From Candidatus Woesearchaeota archaeon (GTDB taxonomy: Archaea > Nanobdellota > Nanobdellia > Woesearchaeales > SKIA01): a stretch of 64,000 bases of DNA. Below, one piece after another: positions 1-13,500 of the stretch (positions are counted from its first letter, which is position 1; each line of letters starts with the position of its first letter). Below the pieces are notes generated by a model. That model had not been told where the DNA came from and searched no databases. It saw only the letters and a list, made by a program, of their open reading frames with translations. The translations under genes were made by a program, and so were the position numbers. The stretch covers positions 32,001 through 96,000 of the forward strand of contig JBJKRI010000004.1 in NCBI GenBank assembly GCA_046704725.1. Reading direction: 5' to 3'.

Positions 1-1175
<1,175 letters not shown>

Positions 1176-3516
1176 TCTTGGACGGACGGCGACGCCCTAT
1201 AAGAACCTTCGCGGCGAGAAAGACGATGACCGCCGAGAGCAGCCACGCCCACCACGTCGAGCCGGAGACATGCACGGTGACGGGAACGGCTCCCGCAACG
1301 GCGTGCGCGGAGTTGTCAGAGCCGGTGAGGCTCGCCGTGATGACGCCCTTGTAGGTGCCGGACGGCAAGGTGATATTGCCGCTGTAGGCCCCGTCGGCAT
1401 AGGCGAGCGGGAAGCGGTACTGGCCGAAGACCGCGTTCACGGTCGCTTGCGGGATGCAGCCGTACGTGCTGCTCGAGGGGACTGCAAGGCCGTTCGCGCG
1501 AGAACGCACCTTCGCGCTGAGCACGAACGTCCCGTGCACCGTGCCGGGAGCCTTCACGTCGTACACGTCGAGACCGGGCTGCTGGGTCAGGGCGTAGATC
1601 TCGCCGAAGACCCGCGACAAGGAGGACTTGTCGCTGTTCGAGAAATAGAAATTACCGCAATCGTTCTTCGCGCGCGACTCACCGGCCATGCTCGCGAGCA
1701 AGTCAGTGGCGTTCACTCCCTGGTCGCCATAGCCGATAGTGTACAAGCACGCGTCGCCGAGCGCGCTATCGACCGCCTTGATGATCGCGGGCTTCCCGCC
1801 CGGATCGTATGGAGCGCCGTCGGACAAGAAGATGATGAGCGCCTTGCGGGTGCTACCAGAGAGCCTGACCTGGCTGCCGGCAAGCTTCAATGCGTTGATG
1901 TAGAAGGTCGAGCCGTCGCTCGTGATGGAATTCACCCCCGCGATGAGCGAGGGGAAGTCGGAGGTCAACGGGCGCACGATGAGCGCGTCATCGGAGAAGA
2001 CGATGAGCGAGGCACGGTCACCGGACTCGAGGACATGCAACAAGCCGTCAGCGGCCGCTTTGGCGTTCGCCAAGGGGGCTCCGGACATGCTTCCCGAGCG
2101 GTCGATCACCAAGACGAGATCGACAGGATCGTGATGGCTCGTGTTATCGTTGCGGAACGTTCCGGTGAAATCCGCGTTGGGATCGTGGTAGGAATAGTCG
2201 CCCGGAGAGAATGTGTGCGTCCAGGACTGTCCCGGCTGCAGCACAGGGGAGGACCACGAGCCGTCGGTCGCCTCGACGGAATGCGGATGAGTGTCGGCAT
2301 TGTGCCAGGTCACCACGCCCTCTGTGCTCACGCTCTGCGGCGAGAAGCCCTTGGGCCCGATCTCGACCTCGACGTACTTGTTGTTGTTCAGCAATGGCTG
2401 GAGCTTCGACCACGGGACCTGGCAGGCCTGCGAGGGACCCGCGGACACCGTCACGTTGCCCGAACGCTCGCCTGTGAACAGGCACGCGCCCCCGCACTCT
2501 TCTTCGGCGGAGATGTAGTACGTGTATTGCCCTGCGGGAAGGCTCTGGTTGAAGGACAAGGCCGTCCCTGAACGCTTGGCGACGACCCGCTTGCCCTGCA
2601 GCACGGTGAACGTGAGCGTAGGGGAGAAGCACGTATCGGCCAGGGATGCGTTGTTGATGGCGCTAGACAAGGAAGTGTTGATCCGCACTCCCTGGTCGCC
2701 CGAGACGTTCGCCGCCACATCGATGACCTGCTCGGAGGACACGCGCGAATAGATGCTCGAGAAGATATGCTGGAGATCGAAATCGTTCTCTCCCGCGCGG
2801 AAGTACTGCCCGCAGCCAGTCTCCTGCTGGGAGATGGAAGCCATGCGCTGCAGGATCTGCTGGGCATCGGCCTCCGCGGAGGCGGCGTAGGCGATCGTGA
2901 AGATGCAGGTCCCTTGCTTGCCGAGCTGCGAGACCAGGTTGAACAGCGCCGTCTGGTTATCGTCTGGCTTGCCGTCGGACAAGAAGACGATGATGCGACG
3001 GTTTGCGCCCGTCAAGGACTGCGCCTTGCGCAACCCCGCGCTGTACTGGGTGAAATCACCGACCTGGATATCGTTTATTGCGGTGTGCAACTGCTGCTTG
3101 TCAGCGGTGAGGGCGGAGAAGACCTCTGCGTGGCTGTCGAAAGCGATGACCGCCGCGCGGTCACCGCGTGTGAGCGCGTCAACGAGGTCGTTGGCCGCGG
3201 TCTTGGCGCGATCGAGCTTGCTGCCGCGCATGCTCCCGGAGCGGTCGAGCACGAGGACATAATCCTTCGCGCCCTGCTGCGCGATGGTGGCGTTCGTGCC
3301 GTACGTAAGCAGGTGCGCCGCCTGCGGCTCGGTGCAGACCGCGCCTACGGCGAGCAAAGAGACTGCCAACAAGACGAGCACCGCGGCTCTCCTCACCTCT
3401 CTACCGCCGCACGGCATGCCATTCTGCCGGAATGACCATATAAAAAGCTATGCGGCGCGAAATCTTTCCGGAAAACAGGCTGGAGAGCACTAAAAGCCCG
3501 GATACGGAGAGGATCC

Positions 3517-3804
3517 ATGGAGGAACGTACGCTGCTCGTCATCGCTCTTTCCATCGCGGTCATCGGGCTTGCCGCGTTGTTCGTGCTGCCCGACCTGCCG
3601 CCATCGACGGTGGCGGCGCACATCGAATGGACGAACGGCACCGATGCACGAGCGAGCACCGGGACGCTCTACATCACTTTTGCGCAACCAACATCGGTCA
3701 AGAGAGGGGATTGCGTCGTTCTTGAAGGCACGCTCGACGGACAAGACCTGCTCAACGCAAGACTTTCTCCAGCTGGTCCACAAGGGTCCCGTTCCTGTTC
3801 CTGA
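3517..3804 (+). CDS. Small membrane-anchored hypothetical protein (possible OB-fold)
   Basis: SD-like GGAG upstream, N-terminal TM helix, beta-rich remainder (GDCVVLEGTL). Confidence 0.55.
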   Translation: MEERTLLVIALSIAVIGLAALFVLPDLPPSTVAAHIEWTNGTDARASTGTLYITFAQPTSVKRGDCVVLEGTLDGQDLLNARLSPAGPQGSRSCS

Positions 3805-4393
3805 TCTCGAACATCAGGGTCGTGATGTTGCTGGGCGGGTCGTTGGGGAAGCCGCCTGTACCGTTGGTCATCACGTAGGTCATGAATTGCTTGCCGCTGC
3901 CGAGGTTCACCGTGTCAGAGACGTCGGCGGTATTGGGGTAGAAGCCCGCCCAATAGACCTTATAGGTGAGTTCTTGAGCATCCTTCAAGCCGTTGGTGAT
4001 ACTGATCTGCACGTTCTGGAGCTTCTGGGAGTTCACTGAATCCGTCGTGACGACCCAGCCCGCGCTGATGCGCCCGGAAAGGAAGGGGTTCGTTGTGGAA
4101 GCGGCCGAAGAGGTGTTGGTGGTCGAGGACGCTGCCTGCGTCGCCGACTGGGTCGCCGCCTGCGCGGTCTTGACGGCCTGCTGCGAAGCGTTGAGCTCCT
4201 TGGTGAGGTTCTTGTTCTGCGCGGTGAGCTGCGAGATCTGCTGCTGGAGCGCGGAGACGTTCACGCTCGACGTGTGCTGGGGGGCCGCGGTGGGGGGCCG
4301 CAAGAAGATGTACAGGCCCAGCGCGATGATGATGAGGATATAGACGGTCCGCTCGAAGGTGTGGGCATTGATACGGATCTGGATGTCGGACAC
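3752..4393 (-). CDS. Membrane-anchored protein with coiled coil, S/T-rich linker and Ig-like tail
   Basis: TM helix, heptad stretch LQQQISQLTAQNKNLTKELNA, S/T/A-rich linker, many N-x-S/T sequons. Confidence 0.75.
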   Translation of the reverse strand: MSDIQIRINAHTFERTVYILIIIALGLYIFLRPPTAAPQHTSSVNVSALQQQISQLTAQNKNLTKELNASQQAVKTAQAATQSATQAASSTTNTSSAASTTNPFLSGRISAGWVVTTDSVNSQKLQNVQISITNGLKDAQELTYKVYWAGFYPNTADVSDTVNLGSGKQFMTYVMTNGTGGFPNDPPSNITTLMFEIRNRNGTLVDQLEKVLR

Positions 4394-4517
4394 TCAGCAG
4401 AGCGCGGCGCGGCATCTTATATGCTTTGCGGCCGAAGCCTCGTAATTCCGGTCGGCGTGGACGCGTTCCGAGAGAGGCGTGGCGTGAGACAAGAACGCGC
4501 GTGGCGCACCCTCACGC

Positions 4518-5681
4518 ATGGAATTACCGGCGATAGCCCTCGGGATCGGCGCAGGCATCGTGACCGGCCTCACGCCGGGCGTGCATGTCAATCTTGTCGC
4601 GACGCTCGCATTGGCCGCCGGGGCGGGAGCCGCTGCAGTGCCTTTTCTTCTGGGACTGGCCGTCACGCACACCTTCTTGGACACCATCCCCGGGGTGCTG
4701 TTGGGAGCGCCGGACGCGGACACCGCGCTCGGCGTCCTGCCGGGGCATCGCTACCTGCTCCGCGGCTGGGGCTACATGGCCGTCAAGCTCACGCTCGTCG
4801 GCTCGCTCCTCGGGCTTGTCGCGGCGACAGCGCTCATCCCGCTCTGGTGGCTCGCCATCCAAGCGTACCCCTATCTCGTGTCCGTCATGGGATACGTCCT
4901 GCTCGTCGTGTCGGCATACCTGATCCTGCGCGACCGGCAAAGGAAATGGGCGGTCGTCGTCTTCGGACTGTCGGCAATCCTCGGCTATCTCCTCCTGAAC
5001 AGGCCATTGCTCACCGACCCGTTATTCCCGCTCTTCAGCGGACTGTTCGGGACGAGCACCTTGCTGTACAGCCTGAAGAGCGACCCCGTCGTGCCGCCGC
5101 AACAGATCGAGACGCGCATCCAAGTACGATGGAAAGACGCTTCACGCGCGATCGGCGCAGGAACCTTCGCCGGATTCCTGACGAGCATGCTCCCCGGCCT
5201 CGGGAGCGCGCAAGCCGCGATCATCGGACAGCGACTGTCCGGACGCGTGGGAGACCACGGCTTTCTCGTATTGCTCGGAGCGGTCAGCACAGTGAACTTC
5301 ACGCTCTCATTGCTCACTTGGCTGGCATTGGACAAGGCACGGAACGGCGCTGTGGTGGCGATGCAACAGCTCACGCTGCCGAGCCTCCTATTGACCGCGC
5401 GACTGTTCGCCGCCGCGCTGCTGGCGGGAGGCATCGCCACATTCCTGGGCATCGCCCTTGCGAGAAAAGCGGTGAGACTCATCAACCGCGTGCCCTACAA
5501 GGGGCTCTCCATCGGTATCGTGGCGCTCATCGTCGCGCTCGTCGGCATATTGACGGGACTGAGGGGATTGCTCGTGCTCACCGTCGCCACAGGTATAGGC
5601 CTTGTGCCAGCGGTCACGCGGACAAGCCGCGCGCAGGCCATGGGCTGCCTGCTCCTACCGGTAGCACTATACTTTCTTTAG
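4518..5681 (+). CDS. Tripartite tricarboxylate transporter TctA-family (DUF112) membrane protein
   Basis: GIVTGLTPGVHVN, HTFLDTIPGVLLGAPD, LPGHRYL..G.G, PLFSGLFG, LPGLGSAQA motifs. Confidence 0.88.
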   Translation: MELPAIALGIGAGIVTGLTPGVHVNLVATLALAAGAGAAAVPFLLGLAVTHTFLDTIPGVLLGAPDADTALGVLPGHRYLLRGWGYMAVKLTLVGSLLGLVAATALIPLWWLAIQAYPYLVSVMGYVLLVVSAYLILRDRQRKWAVVVFGLSAILGYLLLNRPLLTDPLFPLFSGLFGTSTLLYSLKSDPVVPPQQIETRIQVRWKDASRAIGAGTFAGFLTSMLPGLGSAQAAIIGQRLSGRVGDHGFLVLLGAVSTVNFTLSLLTWLALDKARNGAVVAMQQLTLPSLLLTARLFAAALLAGGIATFLGIALARKAVRLINRVPYKGLSIGIVALIVALVGILTGLRGLLVLTVATGIGLVPAVTRTSRAQAMGCLLLPVALYFL

Positions 5682-6567
5682 CCGCGATAATCGCGATATC
5701 CTGAGCGGCCCCATCCAGCGGTTTCACGAGGACGTCGACATGACGCGCATTCGTGTATCGCATGGTTGGGGCAAGGGATAACAAGTATTGCATACGTGGT
5801 CCGCCGCCGATGGAGAGCTGCAGGATGTGCTTCGATCGCCAGAACCTCCGGGCGCCCACATAACCAGCGTGATCCGCAGCGATATCGACGAGCCGGTCCG
5901 ACACATTCTCCACTGCAGGCCTTTCAAGGCTTGGGATATCGAACCGTGCGTTGAATCGAGTGCGGAAATCGACGCGCACCTCCTTTGTTCCTGTCGCGAA
6001 AGGAAGCGCAGCGATCCCGCTCCGATCACGATTGGCGAAGGTCCGAAGATCGCCGAGCACGATCAGGTCCGAGTACAGCTCCGCAGAGCTTGTCTCGTAT
6101 GCGCCGCCCGCCGGCGAGAATGTATGCTCGTTCCAAGACGTATCCCGTCGCGACGCGACAGGGTACGCATTCACTGCTGCGCTCTCGTATGCTATCGGCA
6201 CGATCTGCAGATTGTTCTGGCTCACCGCGACCGCTGACGGTCGAGTCTTCCTAGCGATCGCCCCATCCATGGACGCGAGCGAAAATCGCAAGCAAAGTCC
6301 TTTAAGGAAATTCTTGCTGAAAGGCACTACTTGGACCTGCCCGCCGCTGAGGCCAACGGTCATGTAATTGCTGGAACTCCAGAAGCCGAAAGTACTTTGC
6401 TGTCTTGTACGCACGCCGATGTATGGATATCGCTGCGCATCCTCGATGAGGCGCGCGAGGCCGTCTTCGCTATTCGCGTAAAGAGGCCGCTCGCGCGGGA
6501 GCCCCTTCAAGCGCTCCTTGCTGATATCTGCCTCATATGTTCCCTCCGGGGTACGGACCGTGGTCAT
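5614..6567 (-). CDS. Hypothetical protein
   Basis: 317-aa ORF with a TATA-like element upstream (about 6590); no recognisable motif. Confidence 0.6.
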   Translation of the reverse strand: MTTVRTPEGTYEADISKERLKGLPRERPLYANSEDGLARLIEDAQRYPYIGVRTRQQSTFGFWSSSNYMTVGLSGGQVQVVPFSKNFLKGLCLRFSLASMDGAIARKTRPSAVAVSQNNLQIVPIAYESAAVNAYPVASRRDTSWNEHTFSPAGGAYETSSAELYSDLIVLGDLRTFANRDRSGIAALPFATGTKEVRVDFRTRFNARFDIPSLERPAVENVSDRLVDIAADHAGYVGARRFWRSKHILQLSIGGGPRMQYLLSLAPTMRYTNARHVDVLVKPLDGAAQDIAIIAAKESIVLPVGAGSPWPARGLSA

Positions 6568-6654
6568 GAAACCTGCTGCACGGGCGGATACATATAACCA
6601 TTTCGCAATGAGAACGACGGAACGCTTTTAAAGGGATGCGCGTTCCGCACAGAC

Positions 6655-6909
6655 ATGAAAGGCCGTATCCTGCATTTCCGGCAGAACAGGCACTCCACGA
6701 CGGGAAACCAGATGCTCGTCTCAGTCGACGGAGTGGACGACCGCGAGAAAGCGGGAAAGCTCGTCGGAAAGAACGTGACCTACGACACGGGCAAGAACAA
6801 GATCGCGGGCGTCGTGGCAGGAGCGCACGGCAACAGCGGCGTGCTCCGCGTGCGGTTCAACAAGGGCATGCCCGGACAGGCCATCGGCAAGGACTGCGAG
6901 ATTCAGTAG
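6655..6909 (+). CDS. rpl35ae: 50S ribosomal protein L35Ae (eL33)
   Basis: MKGRILHFRQNRH...GKLVGK...HGNSGVLRVRFNKGMPGQAIG. Confidence 0.95.
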   Translation: MKGRILHFRQNRHSTTGNQMLVSVDGVDDREKAGKLVGKNVTYDTGKNKIAGVVAGAHGNSGVLRVRFNKGMPGQAIGKDCEIQ

Positions 6910-6910
6910 T

Positions 6911-7333
6911 TCAGCGCGCGTTCTCGAGCTCTGCCGCCTCTTCTTGCCGAACGCGTTCATCAAATTTGTCCTCTTCCTCGAGCCGCTTCTTCAGATCATC
7001 CACAAGACGGTTGAGAGATGCGATGAGCTCATGGTTCGGATTCTCCACGATGATGCGGAAGATGGCTTGGATATGTTTGATATCCTCTTCCTCGGCGCGA
7101 AGAATGTTTTGCAGACCTTTGTTGTGTTTAGACAACCAGATCTCTTTTCGCTCATTACGATCGAGGACGTCCAGTGCCTTATTGATGCTTTCTCGTAGCT
7201 TGACCGCGCTATTGTCCTCTTTGAACCCTTCGATCAGGAAGTCCACATACCTTTTCAGATTCTGGATGGTCAACAAGGTAATCGACTTGATGTGTACGCT
7301 GATTTTCTCGTACCTCTTGAGATCCTCGTCCAT
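6911..7333 (-). CDS. Helical, charged hypothetical protein
   Basis: 140-aa ORF following 7336-7938 with a GGAGGA SD; more AT-rich codons than its neighbours. Confidence 0.7.
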   Translation of the reverse strand: MDEDLKRYEKISVHIKSITLLTIQNLKRYVDFLIEGFKEDNSAVKLRESINKALDVLDRNERKEIWLSKHNKGLQNILRAEEEDIKHIQAIFRIIVENPNHELIASLNRLVDDLKKRLEEEDKFDERVRQEEAAELENAR

Positions 7334-7335
7334 TC

Positions 7336-7938
7336 CTATCCTCCGATGAGGTCCGCGGTGGCGGCTCCCATGATAGCAAGGATGCTGACCGCGGCCACGT
7401 TCTTATAGATATCGGCGAACGACATCGTCGGTCCGATGCGACCGAACAAGAAGAGCACGAAAGCGATGACGATGTGCGCGGTCAAGTAGATCGTGAGCAC
7501 GCGCCACGGGATCCACTTATGATGGCGCACCGCCTTGACCTTCCGGAAACCGCTGAAGTAGATGAAGAGAACGAGCAAGACGAAGCTCGTCGCCATCAAC
7601 GCGTTCGCGCGCGCGATGCTCAAGCCGACGGCGATCTCTCCGCCGTAGAAGAAGGCGAAGTGGCCAACGATACCGAAGAACGAGCCGATGATGCCCTTGG
7701 TCACGTCGCGGTACGTGATGCGCGTCAAAGGATGCGGAGCGGTCTCCTTGTTGATCTGCTCCTCGAGCTGCTTGAGCTCCTCGAGGTCGGCGAGCTCTGC
7801 CTCCTCGTCCTTCTCGACCTCCTGCTCCTCATGCGCTTCCTTGGTGAGCTTCTTCTCGAGGCGGGCGATGCGACGCTTCATCGAGCGCACGTCGGACGCG
7901 ACGTCGTCGAGCACCTCTTTCTCGGTCTTGGTTGCCAT
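7336..7938 (-). CDS. Membrane protein with N-terminal coiled coil (DUF2391-like)
   Basis: Acidic coiled coil, then ITYRDVTKGIIGSFFG and about 4 TM helices ending MGAATADLIG. Confidence 0.75.
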   Translation of the reverse strand: MATKTEKEVLDDVASDVRSMKRRIARLEKKLTKEAHEEQEVEKDEEAELADLEELKQLEEQINKETAPHPLTRITYRDVTKGIIGSFFGIVGHFAFFYGGEIAVGLSIARANALMATSFVLLVLFIYFSGFRKVKAVRHHKWIPWRVLTIYLTAHIVIAFVLFLFGRIGPTMSFADIYKNVAAVSILAIMGAATADLIGG

Positions 7939-7942
7939 GAGT

Positions 7943-8383
7943 TCAGGCGGGATACGTGGTGGTCGCGTTGGTCGCCTGGCCGCCGCCCAGTGCCGCGGGG
8001 ACCATGGGAGTGATGAAGCCCCAGATGTACGGGCTCGCGGCGATCAGCGCGCCGATGACAAAGGCATGGCCGAGCTTCTCGCCCACGCTGTTATGCCCCT
8101 TGACGATGGCCGCCGCGCCCTTCACCTTGATGGTCGCGACAAGGCCGACGACGATGCGCAATCCCAGGTCGACCCAGAAGTTCTGCTGCAGATTGAGACC
8201 GACAAGGCCTGCGGCCCAGCCGAGATTCATAGCAATGAGGGTGAGGATAATCGCGATAGGCAACGTGTGGAAGCCGTGCGAGAGCCAGCCGAGCCCCTGC
8301 TCGTCGGCGTGCACGAAGAAGAGCTCGATGAGGCCGATGACGCCACCCATGATGAGCGCGGGAACGAGCATGAATCCTGCCAT
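7943..8383 (-). CDS. Conserved-looking 4-TM hypothetical membrane protein
   Basis: Hydrophobic 146 aa with polar intramembrane motifs (ELFFVHADE, HGFH, GEKLGHA); TATA at about 8408. Confidence 0.8.
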   Translation of the reverse strand: MAGFMLVPALIMGGVIGLIELFFVHADEQGLGWLSHGFHTLPIAIILTLIAMNLGWAAGLVGLNLQQNFWVDLGLRIVVGLVATIKVKGAAAIVKGHNSVGEKLGHAFVIGALIAASPYIWGFITPMVPAALGGGQATNATTTYPA

Positions 8384-8493
8384 GCGTCGTTTCCCGGAAG
8401 ACGCTCCTTATAAAGCTATTCCTGTGTGCGTCACCCTTCACGCGAAGGGAATCTTTAAATACGGTCTTCCGGGGAAAAACGGGCGATACAACC

Positions 8494-10551
8494 GTGGGAA
8501 CGAGCAGGAGAATCGCAGCAATAGCACTCGGACTAAGCATGCTCTTGCCCGCGGTGCGCGCCGCGGTCCCGAGTCAGAGCATCTGGCAAGGACTCGGGAA
8601 AGGATGGGCGCTCATCAATCCAGCGGCGGTCTACCAGCAGGGCAATCCCGCAGCGCACGTCATCGACGCGATACTCCTGTTCATCATCATCTTCGTGAGC
8701 GTCTTCGACATCGCGCGAAGCAAGGTCGGAGGACGCCAATTCCCCAAGAGCGTCGCGGCCGCGATGGGGCTGATAGTCTGGCTGCCGCTAGTCATCTACC
8801 TCAACGCGAACGGGCAGCTCCTGCTCACGAACATCTGGACGGTCTCCGCGTCCATCATCATCTTGACCCTGAACGTGGCGTTGCTCTTCCAGAAGTATGC
8901 GGCCTCGCTCGGCAAGACGACCAAGCGATGGAAGATTCTCTCGTTCCTGCTCGCGCTCGGGGTCGTCGGCGCGGGGATGACCGGTTTCCTCCAGCGCGCG
9001 ATCGCCACGTCGGCGACCGAACAGAGCGTGAAGGGATGGATGACCTATATCTACGGCATGGGTTGGCCGCTCGCGCTCATCTTCGGGCTCGGCATGCTCT
9101 TGCTCAGCGCGACAGGAGGCTACGCGCTGGGACGACAAGACAGGATGCGCGATGTCGCCTCCAAGAGTGACGACGCGGAAAAGAGAGCGAGAAAAGAACG
9201 GCGGCAGCGAAACAAGGAAGGCAAGAAGGACGACAAGTTCCTCAAGCGAGCCGAGCGTATCGAGACGGAGGCATCGGCTGACGCCGCGAGCCTGCGCGCG
9301 CAAGACCGCGGACTCGGGCAACGGCTCCAGGTCCTGCGGGTCCAGCTCCAGGACCTCAGCGACCACGTGAAGTCCTACGCGGAATGGAAACGCAAGAACA
9401 AACACGACCTGCCGAGCAACTACAAGGATAGCCTTGTCGCCGCGGCGAAGAGCTGGGAGACCCTTCTGCAGAGCTTCGAGGAGGACGTCGAGAAATTCGC
9501 GACGACCCTCAAGAAGGAAGCGAACACGATCGCATCGAACGTCAAGATCAATCTCGACGAGCTGCATACCCGTCGGCAACAGCTCGAGGGGACCAAGGCG
9601 AACATCGACTCCATCCGGAACGACGTGGAATCGATACGACGTGACGCCGCGAAGGCGCTGGCGGCAGCGGCAAAGGTGAAGCAGCGCAGCGTACAGGCAC
9701 AAGATGAAGAGGGTAGCCTGGCGGAATACTTCAAGAACAATACGAACGACCTGCGGAAATTCGCGAATCTCGCGGACAGTCAGCGCGGAATCATCGAGGA
9801 GCAGGAGCGGGCAGTCGCGACGTACGACACCGACGCGCAGCGCCTCGACAGCGCCATGCGCCAGGTCGAGAGCACCGAGCGCCTCGTCAGGAACGCAGAG
9901 AACGATATCGGCGAAATGCTCGACGAAGTCGTCAAGGATGTACGGAGCGCACGCGAGGACATCCGCAACGGGTTGGAGAATGTCAGAGTGAGCAGGACGC
10001 AGAACGCCGTGCGCGCGATCGACAAGGCGATCGCCACTGTGGCGAAAACGAATCAACTCGCGTCGCGACAGAGCGAGGCCGCACAGAACGCCGAGAATGT
10101 CATCGAAGAGCAAGAAAGAGCATGGGACCAGTTCTCCACCATCGATGACGGCCTCATCGGCAAGCTCCTGAATGCGGCAGAACGGGCGAAGGAACTGTTC
10201 ATCGCCTCCGATCTTGTCGAGGAGATATTCGACGGCGCGCTCATCCTCGAAGAACGCCTAAAGCAACTTCGGATAGCCATGGAGTACAACAAGAAGGACC
10301 ATCGGGGGGAATGGTTCAAGAGACAGCAGGTCGCGACCAAGGTCCTCAACGACGCGCGCAGCGAGATCAGTCGGAAACTTGAAGCGGTCATCAGGCGTGC
10401 CGCGCGCAAGCAGACGACTGTCGAAATGGCGAATACACTCCGTGAGATGCGCGCTCTGGCAGAGGGCTTGATAGCTGCGGTGACGCAAGATGAGGGCGCC
10501 GTGCGCAGGGATGCGCTCGCAAAATTGAAGGCTGTGAGGGCTGCCGTATGA
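8494..10551 (+). CDS. Large polytopic membrane protein with a long C-terminal coiled-coil domain
   Basis: Signal-like N-terminus, about 5 TM helices, then about 450 aa of charged alpha-helical heptads. Confidence 0.85.
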   Translation: MGTSRRIAAIALGLSMLLPAVRAAVPSQSIWQGLGKGWALINPAAVYQQGNPAAHVIDAILLFIIIFVSVFDIARSKVGGRQFPKSVAAAMGLIVWLPLVIYLNANGQLLLTNIWTVSASIIILTLNVALLFQKYAASLGKTTKRWKILSFLLALGVVGAGMTGFLQRAIATSATEQSVKGWMTYIYGMGWPLALIFGLGMLLLSATGGYALGRQDRMRDVASKSDDAEKRARKERRQRNKEGKKDDKFLKRAERIETEASADAASLRAQDRGLGQRLQVLRVQLQDLSDHVKSYAEWKRKNKHDLPSNYKDSLVAAAKSWETLLQSFEEDVEKFATTLKKEANTIASNVKINLDELHTRRQQLEGTKANIDSIRNDVESIRRDAAKALAAAAKVKQRSVQAQDEEGSLAEYFKNNTNDLRKFANLADSQRGIIEEQERAVATYDTDAQRLDSAMRQVESTERLVRNAENDIGEMLDEVVKDVRSAREDIRNGLENVRVSRTQNAVRAIDKAIATVAKTNQLASRQSEAAQNAENVIEEQERAWDQFSTIDDGLIGKLLNAAERAKELFIASDLVEEIFDGALILEERLKQLRIAMEYNKKDHRGEWFKRQQVATKVLNDARSEISRKLEAVIRRAARKQTTVEMANTLREMRALAEGLIAAVTQDEGAVRRDALAKLKAVRAAV

Positions 10552-13500
10552 GCCCGTCTTTTCTCGCGTACCCGCTCGGACTGCTGAATCCCGCGCAGGT
10601 CTATCTCACCGCGCCGTACCTCTGGGACGCGATCATCTACTTCATGCTCTTCCTCGGTCTTGCGACGTTCGTCTACACGCAGAAAGGAACGTACGGGAAG
10701 AAACGTGGAAAGCCCGTCGCGATCGCCATCGCGATGGCGCTCACATTTTCGCTGTCAGTATGGGAATACACGAGCGGCTGGTATCTCGGTCAGACGCGCT
10801 TCGCCATCCTCCCCCTCATCATCTTGCTCGGGCTGTTCTTCCTGCTCTTCTATCGCATGCTCACACAGATGTTCAACATGAAGGCGCACTGCGCGGCGGC
10901 GATATCCTATTATCTCACCTACGCCGGCGCGGGTGGCATGTTCGACGGCGCCATCAGCTCCGGACTCTCGCAATACCCCTCGATCGGCATGGTGCTCGAC
11001 ATCCTGATACTCACCGCGTTCATCACGTTGATCGTGTGCGTCATTGGATTGTTCCCCAAGTCGACGCCGACGGGAACAGGTGACGATGGTGGGGGCACGT
11101 CGTCCGGAGCGGGCACCATGCCTGACGGGGGCCGGGGAGGCAACGAACCAGGAGGGTTGTCTCCAGGGAAACCCGGGAAAGGCGGGCTCGAGGTGAAACT
11201 GAAGGAGCCGAAGAACAAGGCGAAGATTTCGGTGGACGACAAACTTCCGGTGAAAGCGAAGATCAGCGGCGGGACCGGAAACTATGTGTGGCGTGTCATC
11301 ACGCAGAAGGACGGCGGCGATGCAGAAGAGCAGAAGCGAGGGAAAGGGGAGAACGTGAAGGTCTCTGTCGGACCCTTCCCGCCCGGGAAGTACCGTGTCT
11401 ACGTCATCGTGCAGGACGGTCAGTCCGAGGCCAATGCGAACGCCCGATTCCGCGTCGAGTACAAGGACTCACAACTCGGCGTGATCGAAGGGACCGGTGT
11501 CTACGCGACCACCGACGAGCCGGTCCAGGACCGGACGATATTCTATCTCGTCGACGAGTACTTCGACCAACTGACCGGAAAGGACGGCAAGCCCATACGG
11601 ACCACGGGTCGCGTGGATGACGACGAGTGCACGTTCGTGTTCAAGGATATCCCCATCCCCAAGGAAGGGATCAACGTATGGGTGCAGGGGTACACCCCGT
11701 CAGGTGAGAACGGACGCTCTGAAAGCGCGGTGAACCTGCGCCGCGACGATCGGAAGAAGAGCGTGCGCGTGCGCTTCGGCGTCTCACCCAATCGCGTACT
11801 GCCGCAATTCGAGCAACCGCGGGAAAACGCAGAGCTGCTGGCCGGAGAAACGAGTGATGTGAAGCTCTATTTCCACGGCCCGGCGGGGGCGACCGCCATG
11901 TACAGCATCTCACTTGTGGACCGCAATAGTCACGAGGTGGTAAACGTCGTGCAGAACGCGAGCGTCAGGATACTCGGTACGGCCGTGGAGCGAAGGCACG
12001 CGATGACGCATCCGAAGGCGCCCGGAGCATACACGCTGACACTGACCTACGTCCAAGGTGAGCGCCGCGGCTCGATCAAACGGGAGGTCAGGGTCGTGGG
12101 CTCCACCGAAGGGACGCTGCGGGTGTCCGTGAAGCCCGAGCAAGAGCAATACGAAACACTGGATGTGGTCAAGTTCCAGCTGCATGTGGACGGACTGCAG
12201 GGCGTGAAACGCGAATGGAGGGCCATCCGCGGGGAGAACAACAAGAAGATCACCGATTGGATTGCGCTGGAAGGCGACACCGGAACATTCGACGGCACGC
12301 TGCGACTGCGGCACGGCCTCAACTTAACAGGAAAGCAACGCATACGCATCCTCGTACGGGACGGATACTCTGTCGGCAGCGACGAATTCACAGTGGAAAT
12401 CTTGTCCTCGGAACCACAGCGTGCAGTGACCATCTCCGGGCATGTGACCGACAGCGGCGCGCCGTCAGAGGGCCGATATGTACAGGTGCTCGACGAAAGA
12501 GGCGCGGAGCTGAAACGTTCCGACGAGACGCGTATCACGCCGAACAACCCTGACCTGTCGGGCGCATACAGCCTGCAATTGGGTACCATTCCGGACGGAC
12601 CACTCATCATCCAGGTCGTTGGCGCGCCGCAGACTGCACGGCCGCTGCAGATTGCCGAAGGAGCGAACGAGATACACGAGGACTTCGACCTCTCCGGGAA
12701 CACAACGCCGACGCCCGATAGCAATGTGACTGTCTTCCGAGGTCTCGTGCTGCATGTAGAGCCCAATGGCCGGATAGTCGGACCAGCGGCTGGAGGGGCC
12801 GTGAGATTGTCTTTTGACGGTACGCTGATTGCGCAAACGAGGATCGCGGACAACGGCTCGTACGCAGTCCGCGACACGCACCCCAAAACAGGCGTATATG
12901 TGTTGGATGCGGACACTGCGCGTGGACACAAGACTTTGCGCATCCGCATCAACCGACCGGGTCGTGTCAGTGAGAACCTGTTGGTCCCCGTAGATGCGAA
13001 TACAGGACAGCAATTTATTGTTGAGGGCAAGGCAGTATATGATGACGGCCGCGGGATAACCGAGGTATTGCCGCGCAACAGTACAGCGCAGCTCATCAAG
13101 GACGGTCGCCAGCGTGGTATTCAAGGCGTGGGGCCGGACGGAAGCTTCCGTGTCGCGGATGACTCTCCAGTCAGAGGCGATTACTTGCTCGTCATCGAGA
13201 CTCCCTTTGGCGAACGAGAATCCAGGACTGTGCGCTACGATCCGGACAGTCCGTCGATAGAGAAGAATATCAAGGTTGAGCGCGTGCAGACGGTCGTTGT
13301 CGGGCGCGTTCTCTCGGGAGGACACGGCGTTCCCGACGCGGAAGTGTCCGTGCTCACGCCGCGGGGTGAACCTGTTGATTGGAATACGACGACGGATCGT
13401 GAAGGGCGCTTTTCATTCGACGGTGTCCCTCGACTCGGAGAGTTCTATCTGCAGGCAATCACTGCTGAGGGGACCGGGCGCACGGAGTTGCTGAGAATGC